From an uncultured delta proteobacterium (GTDB taxonomy: Bacteria > Desulfobacterota > Binatia > UBA9968), in NCBI GenBank assembly GCA_963737905.1, contig CAVTUQ010000011.1, positions 32,001-96,000 of the forward strand: DNA of 64,000 nt, read 5' to 3'. Below are positions 59,421-64,000 of the stretch, piece after piece. A program made the translations under genes and the position numbers. The first letter of the stretch is position 1; every line of letters starts with the position of its first letter. Below the pieces are notes generated by a model, which saw only the letters and a list, made by a program, of their open reading frames with translations, ran no database searches and was not told the origin of the DNA.

Positions 59421-62162
59421 TCACTCAATTTCCCGCAGCCATTCCAGGCTCCGGTTTAGGGCACGCAGTTTTTCATTGTGCTGCGTCGACTTCTCCTGTT
59501 CTTTTTGAATCACCTCGTCCTTCGCTTTGGCTAGAAACTCCGGGTTGCAGAGCTTCTTTTGAACCCGCGAAAGCTCTTCCTCGACCTTGCGCACCTCTCT
59601 GCCCAATCTCGCTCGCTCTTCCTCAGGCTTGATCATGTCTCCAAGGGGAAGATAAATTTCCGTGCCGCCGATCATCGCTGTGGCAGCGCCCTTAGGCCGC
59701 TCCCCTGAAGTCTGATAGGTAACGGATCCGACTCGGGCCAGCGACCGGACATAGGACTCTTGATCCCGCAGAAACGACAGATCTCGTTCCGGGCCGTAGA
59801 AGATAACCTTAACCTCTTTGCCTGGTGGACAATTCATTTCAGTGCGCAAGTTTCTAACCCCACGAATCACCCCCATGAGGAATTCCATCCGTTTCTCGGT
59901 TTCCTCATCGAGGCATAACGGATCACTCTGCGGATAGGGTTGCAACATGAGACTCCGCTGACTTTTGGCTAAGGCCTGCCAGATCTCTTCGGTCACAAAG
60001 GGCATGATTGGATGAAGCAACAATAAGATCTGCTTTAGAACTTCCAGAAGCGATTGCTTGCTTTTCTCTGAATCTTCGCTGAGCTTTCCGCTCAAAGAAA
60101 GCTTGCTCATTTCAATATACCAGTCACAGAACTCATGCCAGGTGAACTGGTACAAAATATTGGCATAGTCGTTGAACCGGTAGGATTCAACGGCTTTTCG
60201 AGCCTCATGGATGGTCGACGCGAGTCGCGAACGGATCCACCGCTGCGCAAAACCGAGTTCGTTCCCGTCGGATACCGCTGGCTCAAAACCTGACGTGCTG
60301 TCGGAATCCGATAGGTTCATAAGCACGAACCGCGCCGCGTTCCAGAGCTTGTTCACGAAATTCTGATACCCGGCAATACGCTCTTCGGCCAGTTTGATGT
60401 CGCGACCCATGGCGGCCATGGCTGTCAAGGTAAAACGGAAAGCATCGGTGCCGTATTCTTGCATGACGTCGAGAGGATCGATGACGTTCCCTTTGGATTT
60501 GGACATCTTCTGCCCTTCTTCGTCGCGCACAAGGGCGTGAATGTAAACGTCACGAAACGGAACATCATCCCTGAACTTGAGCCCCATCATGATCATCCGC
60601 GCCACCCAGAAAAACAAAATATCGAAGCCCGTGACCAGAGTGGATGTCGGGTAGAAGTTTTTGAGATCCTGCGTCTCCTGCGGCCAGCCCAACGTTGAAA
60701 ATGGCCATAGGCCGGAGGAAAACCACGTATCCAAAACGTCGGGATCCTGAATCAATTCTTTTCCCCCGCATCGTGGACAACCGCTGGGTTTCTCCCGAGC
60801 CACGATGGGCCGGGCGTCCTTCGTAAGAAGGTATTCACCCTTGTTCCCATAAATGACGTTACTTGAATCGCAAGCGACACAATACCAAGCCGGTATCTGA
60901 TGCCCCCACCAAATCTGCCGCGAAATGCACCAATCCTTGATGTTTTCCATCCACGCAAAATAGGAATGGCTCCAACCTTCCGGGATGATTCGAATCTTGC
61001 CTACCCTCACCACTTGTATCGCCGGCTCCGCTAACGGTTTGATGTTCACGAACCATTGCGGCGTCAAATAAGGTTCGACCACGGTCTGGCAACGGTAACA
61101 ACGGCCCACGGCATGGCGGTACGGTTCGACTTTTTCGAGAAAGCCCTTGTCTTTCAGCTCCGCGATGATTAGCTTCCGTGCGTCAAACCGATCTTTCGAG
61201 TTGTAGCGGTCGATCCAATCGCCCTTTTCGCCGCGGGAACTAAACGCGGAACCATCGATTCCCATATCCGCGTCAAAGATGCTGATTCGGTCGAGTCCAA
61301 AGCGGTCACCGATTTCAAAATCATTGAAGTCGTGCCCGGGCGTAATCTTCACCGCCCCGGTTCCGAATGTCCGATCAACATAGGCATCAAAGAGCAACGG
61401 CACGACACGATCGGTGATGGGCAAACGAATCTTTCTGCCAGCGAAGTGTTGGTAGCGCGGGTCTTCCGGATGGACTGCCACAGCGGTATCACCGAGCATC
61501 GTTTCCGGCCGCGTGGTCGCGACAATAATCGCCTCAGATGGATCGTCGGCCAGCGGATAACGGATGTACCAGAGGCTACCTTCCGATTCCTCATGAACCA
61601 CTTCGATATCGGCTAGCGCCGTCTTGCAACGTGGGCACCAGTTGATGAGCCGCTGCGCTCGGTAAAGTAGGTCGTCCTCCCAAAGGCGAACGAAGGCTTC
61701 GCGCACGGCAAGAGAAAGTCCCTCATCCATCGTAAAACGCTCGTGCTCCCAATCGCAGGAAACGCCGAGCGCCTTGAGTTGATGGAGGATCGTGTTCCCC
61801 GCTTCTTTTTTCCACTCCCAGACGCTTTCGATGAATTTCTCCCGTCCCAGCTCCGTTCGGGTTAGCCCTTGAGCCACCCAGCGGCGCTCCACGACGTTCT
61901 GGGTGGCGATCCCCGCATGGTCCGTCCCCGGAACCCAGAGAACCCGGTAGCCATCCATTCTCTTGTAGCGGCAGAGGATATCCTGGAGCGTGTTGTTAAG
62001 CGCATGACCCATATGCAAAGATCCGGTTACATTCGGTGGCGGAATGACCACGGAAAAATAAGGAGCCTTTCCTTCGGCCGGCCTAAATGCGCCCGACCTC
62101 AACCAATGGGCATACCATTTGGATTCGACACTCTTGTGATCGTAGATCTTCGCTTGCTGCAT
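59421..62162 (-). CDS. valS: Valyl-tRNA synthetase
   Basis: PPPNVTGSLHMGH, DWCISRQIWWGH, KMSKSKGN and a C-terminal coiled coil. Confidence 0.97.
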   Translation of the reverse strand: MQQAKIYDHKSVESKWYAHWLRSGAFRPAEGKAPYFSVVIPPPNVTGSLHMGHALNNTLQDILCRYKRMDGYRVLWVPGTDHAGIATQNVVERRWVAQGLTRTELGREKFIESVWEWKKEAGNTILHQLKALGVSCDWEHERFTMDEGLSLAVREAFVRLWEDDLLYRAQRLINWCPRCKTALADIEVVHEESEGSLWYIRYPLADDPSEAIIVATTRPETMLGDTAVAVHPEDPRYQHFAGRKIRLPITDRVVPLLFDAYVDRTFGTGAVKITPGHDFNDFEIGDRFGLDRISIFDADMGIDGSAFSSRGEKGDWIDRYNSKDRFDARKLIIAELKDKGFLEKVEPYRHAVGRCYRCQTVVEPYLTPQWFVNIKPLAEPAIQVVRVGKIRIIPEGWSHSYFAWMENIKDWCISRQIWWGHQIPAWYCVACDSSNVIYGNKGEYLLTKDARPIVAREKPSGCPRCGGKELIQDPDVLDTWFSSGLWPFSTLGWPQETQDLKNFYPTSTLVTGFDILFFWVARMIMMGLKFRDDVPFRDVYIHALVRDEEGQKMSKSKGNVIDPLDVMQEYGTDAFRFTLTAMAAMGRDIKLAEERIAGYQNFVNKLWNAARFVLMNLSDSDSTSGFEPAVSDGNELGFAQRWIRSRLASTIHEARKAVESYRFNDYANILYQFTWHEFCDWYIEMSKLSLSGKLSEDSEKSKQSLLEVLKQILLLLHPIMPFVTEEIWQALAKSQRSLMLQPYPQSDPLCLDEETEKRMEFLMGVIRGVRNLRTEMNCPPGKEVKVIFYGPERDLSFLRDQESYVRSLARVGSVTYQTSGERPKGAATAMIGGTEIYLPLGDMIKPEEERARLGREVRKVEEELSRVQKKLCNPEFLAKAKDEVIQKEQEKSTQHNEKLRALNRSLEWLREIE

Positions 62163-62166
62163 GGGA

Positions 62167-62679
62167 TTACTTCGTTCTACTCTGCTGTATGTTGCTTTTC
62201 CTGCGCTCCGGTGGCTCAGCTACGACATCCACCAACTCAATGATTTGTGGCCCAGCGGCCTCAGCGATCTTTGGTTCTTTTGCGCTCCTTTGCTCCATTG
62301 CCGTCATGCTCGCGGTCCCATTTTCCTTTGAGGACGACCTGTCAAGACACCTTGCTATAGCTGACTGCAGGGTGTCCTTCTGAATCGGGCTGGTGAGCAC
62401 AACGAGTTTATCGCGACCCGCGGCTTGGCCCGCCCCGATATCGTCGATCCATACCGTGGGAACCTTCCATTCCCGCAGTTTACGTAGGTGCTCGCCCCTC
62501 GACTCACCTGTCGCGCGGAACACCGCCGAGTCAATGATAACCAAATCGAATTCCTTCGCTACCGACGCGTTGCTGTCCGAGAGCAACGCAGCCAATTGAA
62601 CTTCATGATCCGGGAAAAGAGCCAGGCTTATCGCCTGTCGCAATATGTTCCTCGGTGCAACAACCAGGATCCTACTCAT
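62167..62679 (-). CDS. Hypothetical protein, degenerate receiver-like N-terminus
   Basis: RILVV...FDLVIIDS topology without a full acidic pocket. 4-bp gap to valS. Confidence 0.6.
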   Translation of the reverse strand: MSRILVVAPRNILRQAISLALFPDHEVQLAALLSDSNASVAKEFDLVIIDSAVFRATGESRGEHLRKLREWKVPTVWIDDIGAGQAAGRDKLVVLTSPIQKDTLQSAIARCLDRSSSKENGTASMTAMEQRSAKEPKIAEAAGPQIIELVDVVAEPPERRKSNIQQSRTK

Positions 62680-62710
62680 GCGCTATGCAAAACCTCGCTC
62701 AAACCTTATC

Positions 62711-62739
62711 TTGACAACCTTTCGACCCCAAGTTACATA
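62711..62739 (+). promoter_or_regulatory. Sigma70-type promoter of the tRNA
   Basis: TTGACA-17 bp-TACATA, about 33 bp upstream of the tRNA. Confidence 0.5.
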
Positions 62740-62772
62740 AGGATACGAAGGACAACGCGCTTTAATTCAGAT

Positions 62773-62859
62773 GCGAAAGTGGCGGAATTGGTAGACGCGC
62801 AGGATTCAGGATCCTGTGGGGTAACACCCGTAGGGGTTCGACTCCCCTCTTTCGCACCA
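62773..62859 (+). tRNA. tRNA-Leu (anticodon CAG)
   Basis: Acceptor stem GCGAAAG/CTTTCGC, D-loop GGTAG, anticodon arm CAGGA-TTCAGGA-TCCTG, long variable arm, GGTTCGA T-loop and encoded CCA. Confidence 0.96.
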
Positions 62860-63044
62860 GATAAAATTTAGCACACACGCCCCGTTTTCTCTAACGTCTA
62901 CATTCTTTCTTAATCGAACTGTAGATGCGGAGATTTGCTCATCGCCCGCGCGCGCACAGGTCGTCATCGATGGGCAAGGAGCAGGATGAGCTGATTCTCG
63001 GTGGCAGAAAAACGGCCGCCTACAATATTAGGTAGAATGACACG

Positions 63045-63386
63045 GTGAAAACAATGAAACCCTCGAGGAGTTTCTTGCTGATCGCACTGTTGACTATAGC
63101 AGCGACCGCGTGCTCCAAAGAATCAGAGCAGTCGGGTGAAAGTCCGGACTGGAAAAGAGGCAGAGCCGTTTACGTTGCCAATTGTGTGGCCTGTCATAAT
63201 AACGATCCGTCAAAAGATGGCCCCATCGGCCCCGCCATTAAAGGCTCACCCCCAGCGTTGATTGAATCTCGGGTTCTGCGCACCGAATATCCCCCGGGAT
63301 ATCAACCCAAACGCAACACGAAGGTAATGCCTACATTTCCATTCCTTAAAACTGAGATTCCCTATCTCGTCGCCTACTTGCGTTGA
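63045..63386 (+). CDS. Monoheme cytochrome c lipoprotein
   Basis: Lipobox-like ATAC, heme motif CVACH and distal Met (VMP). The start may be ATG 63054. Confidence 0.88.
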   Translation: MKTMKPSRSFLLIALLTIAATACSKESEQSGESPDWKRGRAVYVANCVACHNNDPSKDGPIGPAIKGSPPALIESRVLRTEYPPGYQPKRNTKVMPTFPFLKTEIPYLVAYLR

Positions 63387-63390
63387 CAGG

Positions 63391-64000
63391 CTACCTTAAA
63401 AGAGCTAGCGCCAACACAAAGAAGATTCCCGTCAGCAAGAAACCCACCCACAGAGCACCGGAAACGGAGTCCAAGGGTTTCTTGGTAGCGCCTTGGGTTC
63501 CAACCAACGAGTTATACTCCACCACGGCGATGATAATGAGAGCTATCAACCAGAAAGTGCCGTGGGCAGCCGCTGGTCCAACCAGTCCGGGATAATGCAT
63601 CGCGGCTCCCATGAAAAAGAGCATAGGTATGGAGAACACCGTATTGGTCCTCGACGCTAGCCCGGCGCGCCGCCCCGCACCCGCGGCGGCAGGTAAGGGC
63701 TGCCCTCCCTGCGCGACTTGATTCGCCGATGCGATGACAATCTGCTGTTTTGGCCAGATCACAAGCCATACATTTAAGAACATTATGGTGCCCATGAGGC
63801 CGCCGAGAGTGATGGCGACGCCGTACTGTGAGAGGAAAAACGCTTCGCCTCCCATTGTGTGGATTCGAATCAGATACATTAAAATTCCGGCCAGGAAAGT
63901 GAACATCGCGCCCCAACGAAACCACCAAAGAGCCCGCGGAACCAATTTTTGAATCATGCCGGTTCGAACGCCCGCCTCGGTTTCAGCAAAGAACGGCGTC
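63391..64000 (-). CDS. Urate hydroxylase PuuD-like membrane domain (Urate_ox_N), 5' end outside the window
   Basis: LVPRALWWFRWGAMFT, IMFLNVWLVIWPKQ and ASRTNTVFSIPMLFFM. Confidence 0.82.
   Translation of the reverse strand, partial: TPFFAETEAGVRTGMIQKLVPRALWWFRWGAMFTFLAGILMYLIRIHTMGGEAFFLSQYGVAITLGGLMGTIMFLNVWLVIWPKQQIVIASANQVAQGGQPLPAAAGAGRRAGLASRTNTVFSIPMLFFMGAAMHYPGLVGPAAAHGTFWLIALIIIAVVEYNSLVGTQGATKKPLDSVSGALWVGFLLTGIFFVLALALLR

Noticed and set aside
62773-62859. tRNA-Leu as an island or prophage attachment site
   Set aside because: No integrase is nearby, and I did not see a duplicate of the tRNA 3' end in the window.

Overview
This 64-kb bacterial window has gene families (NMT1-type binding proteins, bicupins, amidohydrolases, an LLM enzyme, valS-nadC-birA-coaX) and short intergenic repeats that suggest a Deltaproteobacteria-like lineage, possibly Candidatus Binatia (inference). 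The first ~35 kb is a stress and storage-carbon region. It holds a Crp/Fnr regulator, a PolX whose polymerase catalytic triad is lost, coupled to an uncharacterised gene, ppk1, dodecin, small stress proteins (CsbD, BON, YtxH, DUF3309, DUF3175, DUF6496 and an unannotated 50-aa basic protein), a GlrR-like sigma54 activator, a ring-hydroxylating dioxygenase, glgP, PPi-PFK, gap, ppc and a GH13 glucosidase. Eight sigma54 -24/-12 promoter matches lie upstream of genes, seven of them in this region. The region is decaying: ppk1 has a frameshift, ppc has an amber stop and a frameshift, sucA has two frameshifts, sucB is deleted to its last 5 codons, and lpdA carries a 1,100-bp IS630 with a TA duplication. 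The second half encodes catabolic flavo- and metallo-enzymes (TcuA-like plus ETF, cupin, LLM, GGT, amidohydrolases), a ~13-kb co-directional valS-nadC-birA-coaX-EF-G2 run, tRNA-Leu(CAG), and a cytochrome c tail-to-tail with a PuuD-like membrane domain. No CRISPR array, rRNA or prophage was seen. All calls come from reading the sequence; no database searches were run.
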